Shown piece after piece: positions 25,101 to 35,587 of a stretch of 43,462 bases of DNA. Below the pieces are notes generated by a model. The model worked only from the letters and a program-made list of their open reading frames with translations. It did no database searches and was not told the DNA's origin. The stretch's first letter is position 1. Each line of letters begins with the position of its first letter. Made by a program: the position numbers and the translations under genes. Origin of the DNA: Octopus bimaculoides. Its lineage: Eukaryota. Location of the stretch: assembly GCF_001194135.2 (NCBI RefSeq), contig NC_068981.1, positions 122,479,356 to 122,522,817 of the forward strand. Reading direction: 5' to 3'.

Positions 25101-26429
25101 ACGTGTACACACGTAGGTCTTAGCATGGTTAAATTTTCATGTGTGTGTTATAGCATGGTTTTCATGTGAATTAAAATTTACATTTACGTAGCAAATTTAT
25201 GTGAAAATCTCATGTTTGTAATCATTAAGTATAATATATGACATGTATTTCAATCTTTGAATTCACATTTTGATGGAAGTCGATTGAATACATTTACTTA
25301 TCTGTTTTACTTTGCATATAAGATCCATTAAAAAGGTTTTCAGCACACTGAAGAAAATTCCAATATTTAGCAATATATGTAACAAAAGAAATAAATAAAA
25401 TGGTGTTCATAGTCTAGCTAGCTGTGAAGTGATTCGGTGCTATATAAAAGTTACAACTCAAAGAATAATAAATGTTTACTATGTTCGCCTCACATAAAAA
25501 GAAAATCATTCTTTAAAACGTTTCAATAATTGATACTGTGTACGATGTCAATAAAGTAGTTACTGCAGCGTTTTACAACAAATCATAAACAAGACTACGA
25601 CTTATATTCCGATTTCAATAGGTTGATCTTTTGAACGCAAGATTTATATGAGAAGTTTATTTCTAACTTCATTCGATTGACATTAGTGATGACATTGATT
25701 TCGGGCTAGTACTGAAAATGTGATTCCTTATATTGTTTTCATGATTAGATTCAACGTTAAGTTAAAATTAAGTTTAAGTAAATCAACCGGCATATATAGC
25801 AAGACATCACAATGCACCTATTAAAGAACATTCGATAGCTATATCGAGATACGAGTAACGAGCAAAGTTGGAAATCATTCATACATTGTTTAGAACATGT
25901 AACGTTTAGACGAATGGAGGTCAAAGGTTAGAAATTATTGTTAGCATTGAGTTTTGTAAAAGCAATTGCTAGGCGGAAAGATTATTTATGTAACAATTTT
26001 GGAAAGGCTTGTAGATATTTTATCAGGCATTCAGGATTAGTCTGGAAAACCAGCGTTAATTAGAACACTAAATACTTTAAGTGTAAACACATTGTTGCTA
26101 AACATGCCTATGGTGTTATTCCTAACATTATGTAGTATATTCCTTTTACAGGTATATTTTATTCTTCAAATTCAGTAGTTTCTATGCCTTTGCACTGTGA
26201 AAGACGTTAGTATAACTTAGAAGGTATACATTCATGATACAAGAAGTGACGTACGATTTCTATAAGGTTTACGTCACCTGCCTCTTTAAATATTTTGACT
26301 AAGGTATTAAAGTTTTCCTGGCCCTACAAGATAAGCATCGCTCTCATTTCTCTCATTGCCAAATAACTTTCTATAAGCGTAATGTGAAGGCCCTCTGTAT
26401 ATGGGGTTTGTAAATAAAGGCATTGTTTT

Positions 26430-26800
26430 CAGGTAACTGAGCGAACTATGTATGGCGTCCATTGTCACTTGATTATTAAGCCAGTGTCAGTTCAAGCGTA
26501 TAAAGAAATTGGTGGATATGAAAGGATGTATTGCTATGTGGTAAATTGGCTTCAAGAAAAGATTTAGTAATCACAAGTCATCAATCAGGGGAAGTGAAAA
26601 AGGAATTAACCACGTTTGGAGATAGAGGGACAACAACATCTCATACAGCATCAATTGGTAGATTCTTAAGATATCACAACCATGTGAGGACAGATCAAAA
26701 AAGAGCTGTCGTTGTATTGTAGAAAAGAAAACATTCTGCAAAAGTTGATGAATTGATGAACCGCGTGAGATATCTAATAAAGAACACTAAAATTTTCACT
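26430..26800 (+). mobile_element. Penelope-like element, decayed GIY-YIG endonuclease C-terminal region
   Basis: From 26551: FKKRFSNHKSSIR..NHVWR*RDNNISYSINW*ILKISQPCEDRSKKSCRCIVEKK, then DELMNRVR. This follows the PLE pattern FK.R..NHKSSF..HIW.LKD.NI.Y.I.W.IL..C..C..EK..ELM.KCRH, with stops and frameshifts. Confidence 0.7.
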
Positions 26801-27189
26801 GAAGGTATTCTTAACGATAATTTATTCTGACCCAAATGGATTCTAACTTCTACACCGAAGCGACAACACACACACCCCAGTCCAGCTGACCCTTTTCACA
26901 CTAGCGAAAGTCTAAATTTGCTCAATAAACATGCTCAATAGACATCTTATGTCCATGCATCTACAATTTGACAAGTCAAAAAATTACCTAAAGATCTTAC
27001 AAGCAGACGCACATCAAAATTAAACGTCAACATTGAATATTTAACACAACCTGGTAAACTTAGAAAATACAATTATTTTTTTAAACTCTTTTAATGTGTT
27101 AAAATATTATCCAAGAAATAGATCTTACATGTTAAAACCATGAAGTTACCAACCGTTTCAGACAAAAGCAGTGTCTATATTCTAGCAAT

Positions 27190-27253
27190 GAGGAATTCTG
27201 TATGTGATTTACATTATTTACATTGGACGGATGTGTCCTCATCTTGGTTGTTG
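27190..27253 (-). repeat. Inverted partial copy of the Penelope-type terminal repeat
   Basis: The reverse complement CAACAACCAAGATGAGGACACATCCGTCCAATGTAAATAATGTAAA matches 27642-27686. Confidence 0.85.
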
Positions 27254-27269
27254 CTTTATGCCCACGGAC

Positions 27270-27345
27270 ATATAGCTTAAGGGTTAAGAACATGGGTTAC
27301 TGATCCCAAGATTGTGAGTTCAATTGAATTCCAGACAGTGTCTTG
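27270..27345 (+). mobile_element. tRNA-like SINE head fragment (family 3)
   Basis: TAGCTTAAGGGTTAAG (A-box-like) and GTGAGTTCAATT (B-box-like); similar to 8190-8240. Confidence 0.3.
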
Positions 27346-27351
27346 AATAAA

Positions 27352-27353
27352 TG

Positions 27354-27384
<31 letters not shown>

Positions 27385-27415
27385 CAACAACAACAACAAC
27401 AACGACGACGACGAC

Positions 27416-27460
<45 letters not shown>

Positions 27461-27475
27461 AACAATAATGATAAT

Positions 27476-27531
<56 letters not shown>
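27352..27531. repeat. Compound (AAT)n-(AAC)n-(GAC)n-(GAT)n-(AAT)n trinucleotide array
   Basis: Direct reading. Confidence 0.97.
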
Positions 27532-27533
<2 letters not shown>

Positions 27534-27692
27534 TAACATCAGCAAAAATACTTTAGGAACAAGAACCCAGGGTTGGGTTCAAAATTCTACCATGGCACCT
27601 GATGAAGGCTGGAGAGTAAATCAGCCGAAACGTTGTGGTAACAACAAAGATGAGGTCACATATCCGTCCAATGTAAATGATGTAAATAATGT
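27532..27692 (+). mobile_element. Penelope-type terminal repeat (pseudo-LTR-like) fragment
   Basis: Contains the CTGATGA-stem-GAAAC motif typical of PLE terminal repeats, has a partial inverted copy upstream, and lies about 750 bp downstream of a same-strand GIY-YIG remnant. Confidence 0.65.
27593..27640 (+). ncRNA. Minimal type I hammerhead ribozyme motif
   Basis: Stem I arm TGGCAC (27593-98), core CTGATGA (27599-605), extra A, stem II GGCTG/CAGCC (27607-11/27622-26), GAAA (27627-30), palindromic ACGT stem III, predicted GUU cleavage after 27634, stem I arm GTGGTA (27635-40). Confidence 0.7.
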
Positions 27693-29201
27693 CCATTATC
27701 AAGTGACGTTTCTTTCTCAAGAAACTTAGAACTACTATTAGCAACTGTACTCGAAGATTGCTATAATAAGTAAATTCTTCAAATAGTTCTAATAAAACAT
27801 ACTATTATTCCCTCAAAGGTTAGAAGATTAAAATTATTTACGATTCAAATTATTTATCTAAACTTTCGTAAATTATTAACCTAATTTAGAGCATATTTTA
27901 AATCTTGATAAACTTTTGTAACAACCAAAACGTACAAAATTTATGTACGTTTGAATATACCGGTATAGGTGTTTTTATATATACGCGTGTATCTGTGAGA
28001 GAAAATGTGTATGTGTGTGCCTGTGTATACATATTCAGGGTTTTGTATAAACTAGAGGTGTTTCTATTGACTTTTTTGTGTACATATACGCATTAACATT
28101 TATATTTTTACTTTTACCCTTATTTTTACTCTTATTAATATTATTTTTTAAAAAATATATCAATATGCATTTACGTATGATTTTTTGGATGTATGTACAT
28201 TTTTGTGTAAGGATGTATTTATTTACACATAGGTTTATTTATATATTCATATATGAGTGTACTTGTGAATAAGTATGGGAGCATATTTGTNNNNNNNNNN
28301 NNNNNNNNNNNNNNNNNNNNNNNNNNNNNNNNNNNNNNNNNNNNNNNNNNNNNNNNNNNNNNNNNNNNNNNNNNNNNNNNNNNNNNNNNNNNNNNNNNNN
28401 NNNNNNNNNNNNNNNNNNNNNNNNNNNNNNNNNNNNNNNNNNNNNNNNNNNNNNNNNNNNNNNNNNNNNNNNNNNNNNNNNNNNNNNNNNNNNNNNNNNN
28501 NNNNNNNNNNNNNNNNNNNNNNNNNNNNNNNNNNNNNNNNNNNNNNNNNNNNNNNNNNNNNNNNNNNNNNNNNNNNNNNNNNNNNNNNNNNNNNNNNNNN
28601 NNNNNNNNNNNNNNNNNNNNNNNNNNNNNNNNNNNNNNNNNNNNNNNNNNNNNNNNNNNNNNNNNNNNNNNNNNNNNNNNNNNNNNNNNNNNNNNNNNNN
28701 NNNNNNNNNNNNNNNNNNNNNNNNNNNNNNNNNNNNNNNNNNNNNNNNNNNNNNNNNNNNNNNNNNNNNNNNNNNNNNNNNNNNNNNNNNNNNNNNNNNN
28801 NNNNNNNNNNNNNNNNNNNNNNNNNNNNNNNNNNNNNNNNNNNNNNNNNNNNNNNNNNNNNNNNNNNNNNNNNNNNNNNNNNNNNNNNNNNNNNNNNNNN
28901 NNNNNNNNNNNNNNNNNNNNNNNNNNNNNNNNNNNNNNNNNNNNNNNNNNNNNNNNNNNNNNNNNNNNNNNNNNNNNNNNNNNNNNNNNNNNNNNNNNNN
29001 NNNNNNNNNNNNNNNNNNNNNNNNNNNNNNNNNNNNNNATGTATCTATGTGTTCTTTTTCTTTTATATATATGTATTTGTATGTATGTATGTATGTGCAT
29101 GAGTGTGTTTACGTATGTGTTTGTATACGTGTATGTATATGTATATGCGTATCTGTTTATTTGGTTATAGGCGTAGATGTATATGTATTTTTTTTTGTTT
29201 A

Positions 29202-29241
29202 AGTTTCAGCTTAGAGTTGCGGCCATGCTGATGCACCACCG
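29202..29241 (-). mobile_element. SINE family 2, 3' tip
   Basis: GTTTCAGC...GCGGCCATGCTGATGCACCACC corresponds to the reverse complement of GGTGCTCCAGCATGGCC...CTGAAAC in the intact copy. Confidence 0.6.
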
Positions 29242-29497
29242 CTGATGTATGTGAATGTGTATGTGTCTATTTCTATTTATACATGTGTGTATATATATAT
29301 GTATATGCGTGTGTATGGGGACATGCACACATATGCGTATATGTATTTATGTATGCATGTATGTTTTCACACATTTATCTGTATGTGTTGTCCAACCCAC
29401 TATCCGGTAGCGTCCAATTCTCTAACGGTTTTTTTCAAATGAATCACGTCATAACCTTATCCATCTATTGTTTTCATACTCGGTCATAATGTCTTAC

Positions 29498-29522
29498 GTT
29501 GAAGATGATTCCCATGCTTTCC
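29498..29522 (-). other. Candidate 25-nt micro-exon
   Basis: Minus strand reads CCTTCTCTTCAG|GGAAAGCATGGGAATCATCTTCAAC|GTAAGA, with a strong acceptor and donor. All three frames are open and no homology is recognised. Confidence 0.3.
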
Positions 29523-30978
29523 CTGAAGAGAAGGTTACGATTTTAATATCACAGATCCCTATGGATCACATAGGTTGTAATCCTTTGAAACATATGTAGG
29601 AATAAAGTATGCAATTATAACATGCGTTTTCTCCATTCCTTAAATTTTTAAATATACTCAAATACCCAAAATTTCAAGGAGTTCCTGCCTTAAACACAGG
29701 AACTACACCAAAGTTATTTTGTGTTCTTTGCTACATTGGTTTCTATTAACCCATTTATTCTATCCGAAGAATTTTTATTCATTAAGANNNNNNNNNNNNN
29801 NNNNNNNNNNNNNNNNNNNNNNNNNNNNNNNNNNNNNNNNNNNNNNNNNNNNNNNNNNNNNNNNNNNNNNNNNNNNNNNNNNNNNNTATATACGACTATT
29901 AAATATTTAAATATCATTATTCTGCATAATGTTTTATGCCATAGGCAAATAAGGTGTCCAAACTTGCATTTCATGTATATTCACGTCTGTTTAGTTTTCT
30001 CATTGACACGGTTCGCGATTAAACTATGTGTGTCTTCTGCGGCGAATATTTTTTTCAAACACAGCAAACACAATTCGCTAGATAGTTTCCAACTGATGAG
30101 AGTATAAGAGCAAGACATATAACTCATGGCAGAGGAAGGAAATTAATTTAACCACGTATGTAACACCTGCGTCAAGTACCTCAGTAAAACACAAAATCAA
30201 AAATAACTTGCAACTCTTCCTGTGACTTCTATGCAGTCTGTGTTACCAATAAAGCTGTCTCTATGACAGCTGCTTAATATGTTATGATTAGCGGCTATAT
30301 CTTTTTAATGATGTCTCTTCGATCTTAAAAGAAAGTGAATATAGTGGATGCAGTAGCTTGAAATTTAAAATGCCAAAAATAAAGAAAATATCCTCACGAG
30401 TGAAATGCCACCTAGAAAAGGAAATGCTGAATCAAAGAAGAGTTCATATTAACCACATACGTGGATACATGGATTCTAATGGATGCAATCTAGCATCTAA
30501 GAATCTACATGAAATAAACTTCAAAACAGAAAGTTGTTTTCCCAAACAAACATTCCTTAACAATGTTTATATAATACACTCAAATAAACACTCATATATA
30601 TATTTGTGTCAAAGAACACACTATGCCAAGCTCCTAGTGAATAAGATACATTCAATAAACTATTTTATAAGAACAAAAGCATTAATCAAATAGTAACCGC
30701 TACCATCTATCACCTTTCTTTCGGATCACGTTTTGTTAAATAAAACAATAAAAATATTGAAGCAATTCATTCACAAATATATACTGTGTAGGTATACCAC
30801 ATATTCTTAAAATGCTTCAACGTAACATCAACTGCCTAAACACCACTTTAGGAACTAAAGTTTAGTATAGTCATACGTGATACAATGTAACAGTTATACA
30901 TATCAAATACCAGCTCGAAATTCCAAAGATTTAAAATGCGATAACACTAAAACTGGGTGGAAATATTCTCATAATATA

Positions 30979-32265
30979 CGAGTGTCGATAGAAAAGTTCA
31001 CAAGCTGACCAGCATACCCTGCTGAAATTTGACTAAATGAAATCTCTTTCTTCAAATTCCCCCTTAGGGTCCATATATTTCTTCCATCGGGATTGCAGTG
31101 CTTCGGTCCCATTCGCGAAGAAATTTTCATCCTGTTGGTCAAAAACGTCATCAATAAAGGATAACTTTTTATCCCCGCGACACTTTTCCCAGTGAAGTGT
31201 TTTTTTTTTTTATGTTGGGGAGCATGACATAATCAGGTGGGGTCGAATCAAGAGAATAGGCATAGTGATCAAAAAGATGAAAGCCAGTTACGCACAGTAA
31301 CCATTGAAAACAAGTTCTTGTGTGTTGGCTTAAACATGACGTGTTTCGTTAGATTTCCTGGGCGTTTGCTCTTGATCGCTTTTGTAGCTGCATCACGAGA
31401 TGGGTATAGTACTCTCTATTGATGGCGTGGCCTTTTGAAGATAGTCAATGCACACGATGCATTTAGCATCCCCCCCACCACCACCAAAAAAGCATGCGGC
31501 CATCACCTTCCTTGCAGATGAAACGACGCTGGCTTAATTTGGAGCAGGTGAATAAGGGTTGTCTCCACTGCCTAGATTCACTGTTTGTAATGAACACTCT
31601 CCCTGGCTTACGGAAATTTCAGGACAAACAAGCTGGATATACCTCAAACAATGTCAGATTCCACCGTGACATGATCAGCCTGGTGAGCTTTTGATCACAA
31701 ATCAGAAAACGTAACAGCCACCGAACAGAAAACTTCGTAAAGCAAGGCCATTGTGCATAAAATTCTTAACTCTCTCACGGGATATGCAAATAGCACTGGG
31801 ATATTTGATTTATAATCAATAACCTGCCGTGAACGCAAGCAATGTTTCATAGTCACTGGCAGTTGCAGGGCCTACAAAATGTTGCTCGACTTCAGGACTC
31901 TCCCTACCTCTCCTATCTGTCTAACATTTAGCTAGCTATCTTTACATTGTTGAAACGTACGGAGCAAGCATGATCTAATGCAGCAAACATACCAGCATGA
32001 ATCTCCTTAGGGACTAAACCATTTTTCAAGTAGCTACTTGAAGACACCACGATTTCAAATTTTCACAATACAACACTAAATTTTCAGACTAGTCACTTTT
32101 TAAGTCTACTTCGAATAGTTAAATATCAGTTTAACAGAAAAAGCAAAAACAAAACAAACGAACGATGCAGTTATTAAGAAAGATGTGTTGAAATTAATGC
32201 ATGCAAAATTTCACGCCCTCTTTTACATCTTCATAGACAGAATATGAACCTTAAGCCCACTCTCG
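30979..32265 (-). mobile_element. Full-length decayed Tc1/mariner (mariner-type) DNA transposon, 1287 bp
   Basis: TA at 30977-78 and 32266-67. Imperfect TIRs CGAGTGTCGATAGAAAAGTTCACAAGCTG and CGAGAGTGGGCTTAAGGTTCATATTCTG. Minus-strand relics in mariner order: GLVPKEIHAGM, RGRESPE, ISRERVKNFMHN, TKFSVRWLLRFLICDQK (WVP motif), SSARKVMA..WDAKCIVCIDYLQK, INREYY, AIKSKRPG, YSLDSTPPDY (YSPDLAPSD motif), QDENFFANGTEALQSRWKKYMDPKGEF. Confidence 0.93.
31040..32075 (-). pseudogene. Mariner transposase pseudogene (multiple stops and frameshifts)
   Basis: Same motifs as the element entry above, with no intact ORF. The first two catalytic Asp regions (TQDE, HQDNA) are eroded. Confidence 0.9.
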
Positions 32266-32342
32266 TAAATACTATGGTGTTTCCAGTACACAAATACCAA
32301 AACGTTTATGTCATAAAAGATAAGAAGACAATTGGAAGAATA

Positions 32343-33483
32343 CTAGAAATGGAGACGGTACAAAATAAAGTATCATGAAACGTGCTGAATCTCATAATCT
32401 GTATCGTAGAAGTAAAGCTGAGCAAAAGTTGGTGATTGACCATGATCAGGCAGTAAATTACCAATTGCATGATGAATTGTACCTTGCATTTTGAATGTTG
32501 AATTAAATCCACTTAACGAAGTATCAATTTTGCATCCAATTGAAGCAAATGCAAATGCCTTGTTGTATGATCGACGTTTTGTTATAAATCTGTTATTGCC
32601 CCATGATTTCAGAATATCATCTGATAAATTCGAAATAGGCTGAACTTTAACTTTCTCTTTTTCACAGCAAAGGGAAATCGGTTCAGTAGGCCAGTGTTTC
32701 GCTTTGTAATGCGGGTATACACAATCTCCAAAACTGCCACAGTTGTGAGACGAATGTGATACTGGGATCTTATTTTCGTGGAAATCATCTTGCACTGCAA
32801 TTAAGTTATGATCTGTGATCATTTCATTAATTTCATTATCCGGGAGGGTAATATGTTATAACTCATCAATTGCGGTTACCTAACTAGCAGTCGTACTCTA
32901 GTGTTTATAAGTTTGTTCGGTAGCACTAACCGTAGGAGAGCTTCTCCTTGATCGACGTGCTTCTGTATCGTTCTCTTGTTCTGCATCTCTGACAGCCGGA
33001 TTTAGACTACGTGATCAACGTGCTGAGGTATATCATGTCACTCACTGTTTTATACATCGTAGTAGGAGGAAGAGTAGGTCGGACTGATCACTGCGGGAGA
33101 AGGTAGGCCTCTCTATTCCTCTTACAAAACTTACCTTCGGGTGCCAAATGTGCCTCATTTGGTGGTATTGATCGAGTAGGGAGTAGTGGTGGAACAGGGA
33201 CAAGGGCAGGAGCAGAAGGAGGAGGTCAAGCATTTCCCTTTCGGAGGGTAGAGGCCACCCTAATTCTTCTACCAAAGTTATCTCCGAGTGCGAAAGTTAG
33301 CACAATTGATGGAATTCTCTAAAAATAGGGGGTGGGGATGGGACTAAACCTATATATAGACCACGCTAGAGACCCCCGAACACCCCTACAAAATTTCATG
33401 CCGATCGAACCAACAGTGTGGCCTGATGTGAGTACAGACGGACGGACATTACGCCCATTACAGTATAATATGGAACATGGAGA
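32343..33483 (-). mobile_element. Helitron 5' portion (non-autonomous or truncated)
   Basis: ORF 32822-32373 has DCVYPHYKAKHWPTEPISLCCEKEKVKVQP (Helitron N-terminal Cys motif) and RSYNKAFAFASIG..FKMQGTIHHAIGNLLPDHGQSPTFAQLYFYD (conserved Rep-helicase N-terminal block). The 5' terminus TCCATATTATAC..GTCCGTCCGTCTGT..GATCGGCATGAAATTTT at about 33380-33483 resembles Helitron 5' ends, with A|TC at 33484/33483. Confidence 0.85.
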
Positions 33484-34496
33484 TTTGTTCATCTTCAAAA
33501 TTTATTTCCTCTTATTTTACAATTTTATACAGCATACAATCCGCCCGAATTGTATATCCCTCCAAACTATATGTGTATACATATATATATATATATATAC
33601 ATCATTGTCAGATTCCGTCACCACTAATATATCTGTGAAGTTATTTGCTGCATTGGATAAATATTTCCCCCGTCAACTAATTATGGGACATTATTTAATC
33701 GCCATATAGTAAAATTTTCGAATTCAGCCATCAGAAATATGGCTGAAATTATAGCAGTACATACCAAAAGTAGAATTAGACAGTATGTCAATTCAAAATC
33801 TGTAAACAGGAGTAGAACCAACAGTGTAAATTACGGTATTAATTTTCCTGAACTTTTTTTGTGTGTGTAGTCAAAGTCTACTTGCGAATTGACCTCTATA
33901 ATTCTACATACCAGCATGTTAAGTTACTGAAATGAATTTCGCAATATTTACTCCTGGATTTCTGATATGGAACTAAACATTACTGAAATGAACAATAATC
34001 TCTCTTTCTGAAAACTATAGCGTTAATTTCATCTTAATCTAGACCTTATAACAAAATTTCACAATTCGATACTGAATAATTATAAGGTTTGTCTGTTGTA
34101 TACGCCACCATATGGTTGCATCGTTGGCTGTAAATATTTGACTTTAAATTTTGTTAACATACATCACGTTATACATGATATTGCTCTTGAATATATTGGC
34201 TGGCATTTCTCATATTAATATAACAGCATACATGCGTTAAAGTTAACTCGATAAATTATATTTACATTTTGCTATACAGCTTCCAATAATCCTTTACGGA
34301 GACATTGTTGCTAACCTTATTGGTTTGGACAGATCTTCGCAATATTACTAGAATAATGTATTAAAGAATATTTTGTAAAAACTATTCCACATCTCTGAGT
34401 ACCTTAACTGCTTAATCTTCTACTAGTTCCATCGCCTTAAAACTAATATGTTTCTTCCACTCTTATATATACAAATGCCTCTCATAAAATATTTTT

Positions 34497-34698
34497 AAAA
34501 TTTTAGCAAAAGGCCTGCAATTTACAGGAAGAGGATACGTCGGCTACGTTGACCTCAGTGCTCATCTGGTACACATTTTATCGTCCCAGGTAAGAGATAT
34601 CAACCTCGATGGAATTTGAACTCCGAACGTAAAGTTGAATGGAATACCACTTAGCATTTTTACCGGCGTTCTAACGATTGTGCTATCTCGCTGCTTTA
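34497..34698 (-). mobile_element. SINE family 1, diverged
   Basis: AAAAGGCCTGCAATTT tail, GGAATTTGAACTCCGAACGT, CTAACGATT and the CTCGCTGCTTTA head. Confidence 0.8.
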
Positions 34699-35185
34699 AT
34701 ATCTTTCATAACGTTACTACCAACGAATATGAATCTGTGATCTACAACATCATTTCTTCTACTTTAATAGGATAATTTTCCTACATTTTACGTGATTTCA
34801 GTGATGGGTATTTGTGACAATATATATATGATTGTGCAGTAAAATTACCGAAAAGTGGGTATGGATGTAGACCAAGTTTCGCTTTCAATATGGTTAATTA
34901 ATGAAATACGGCTTTATAGAAACGCGATATTTTCTCGCTCTCATAATCTTCAGAAGAATATTTATGTGTTGTTTACTTTAAGCTGTGAAAACTCAATCTA
35001 TATTAACATAGACTATTATTATAACCACTATATAACACAATTAATAGCGTTGAGGTTATAATAATTATTACTATAATTTCAACGCTATCATCTAAATTCG
35101 ATTTTTCCTGAACAATCCTTAATATTACAATTTTATATCCCGGATAATTCATGAATTCCATTAACTGGGCAAATCATGCAATATC

Positions 35186-35587
35186 CCGCAGGAATGGCTG
35201 TGTGGTAAGTAGCTTGCTTACCAACCACATGGTTCTGGGTTCAGTCCCACTGCGTGGCACCTTGGGCAAGTGTCTTCTACTATAGCCTCGGGCCGACCAA
35301 AGCCTTGTGAATGGATTTGGTAGGCGGAAACTGAAAGAAGCCCGTCGTATATATGTATATATATATGTGTGTGTGTGTATATGTTTGTGTGTCTGTGTTT
35401 GTCCCCCCAATATCGCTTGACAACCGATGCTGGAATATTTAGGTGCCCGTAACTTAGCGGTTCGGCAAAAGAGACCGATATAATAAGTACTAGGTTTCCA
35501 AAGAATAAGTCATGGGTCCGACGATTTGCTCGACTAAAGGCGGTGCTCCAGCATGGCCACAGTCAAATGACTGAAACAAGTAAAAGA
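35186..35587 (+). mobile_element. tRNA-derived SINE family 2, near-intact, with CORE-like domain and internal microsatellite
   Basis: A-box TGGCTGTGTGG (35195-205), B-box GGTTCAGTCCC (35238-48), CCTTGGGCAAGT (35260-71), internal (TA)/(TG)n at about 35348-35400, 3' end GACTGAAACAAGTAAAAGA. Confidence 0.9.

Noticed and set aside
26431-26565. AYKEIGGYE peptide resembling an SLC5 transporter segment behind an apparent splice acceptor
   Set aside because: Flanking residues do not fit, and the region continues by frameshift into a Penelope GIY-YIG domain.
30358-30693. 111-aa plus ORF left of the mariner, examined as a possible Helitron continuation or host exon
   Set aside because: It starts at TTG, has no splice signals or motifs, and no Helitron similarity was found on either strand.
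33091-33134. 44-nt GTAAGT...CCCGCAG intron candidate inside the Helitron (minus)
   Set aside because: It is very short, and splicing leads to a stop within about 12 codons, so it does not restore the ORF.
33723-33747. 9-bp perfect hairpin TTCAGCCAT/ATGGCTGAA
   Set aside because: One such short inverted repeat is expected by chance in 40 kb, and it lies outside the Helitron's 5' end rather than at a 3' end.
35195-35248. A-box and B-box pairs suggesting tRNA genes (also in SINE-1 heads and at 27270)
   Set aside because: No complete cloverleaf could be formed, and they continue into multicopy SINE bodies.
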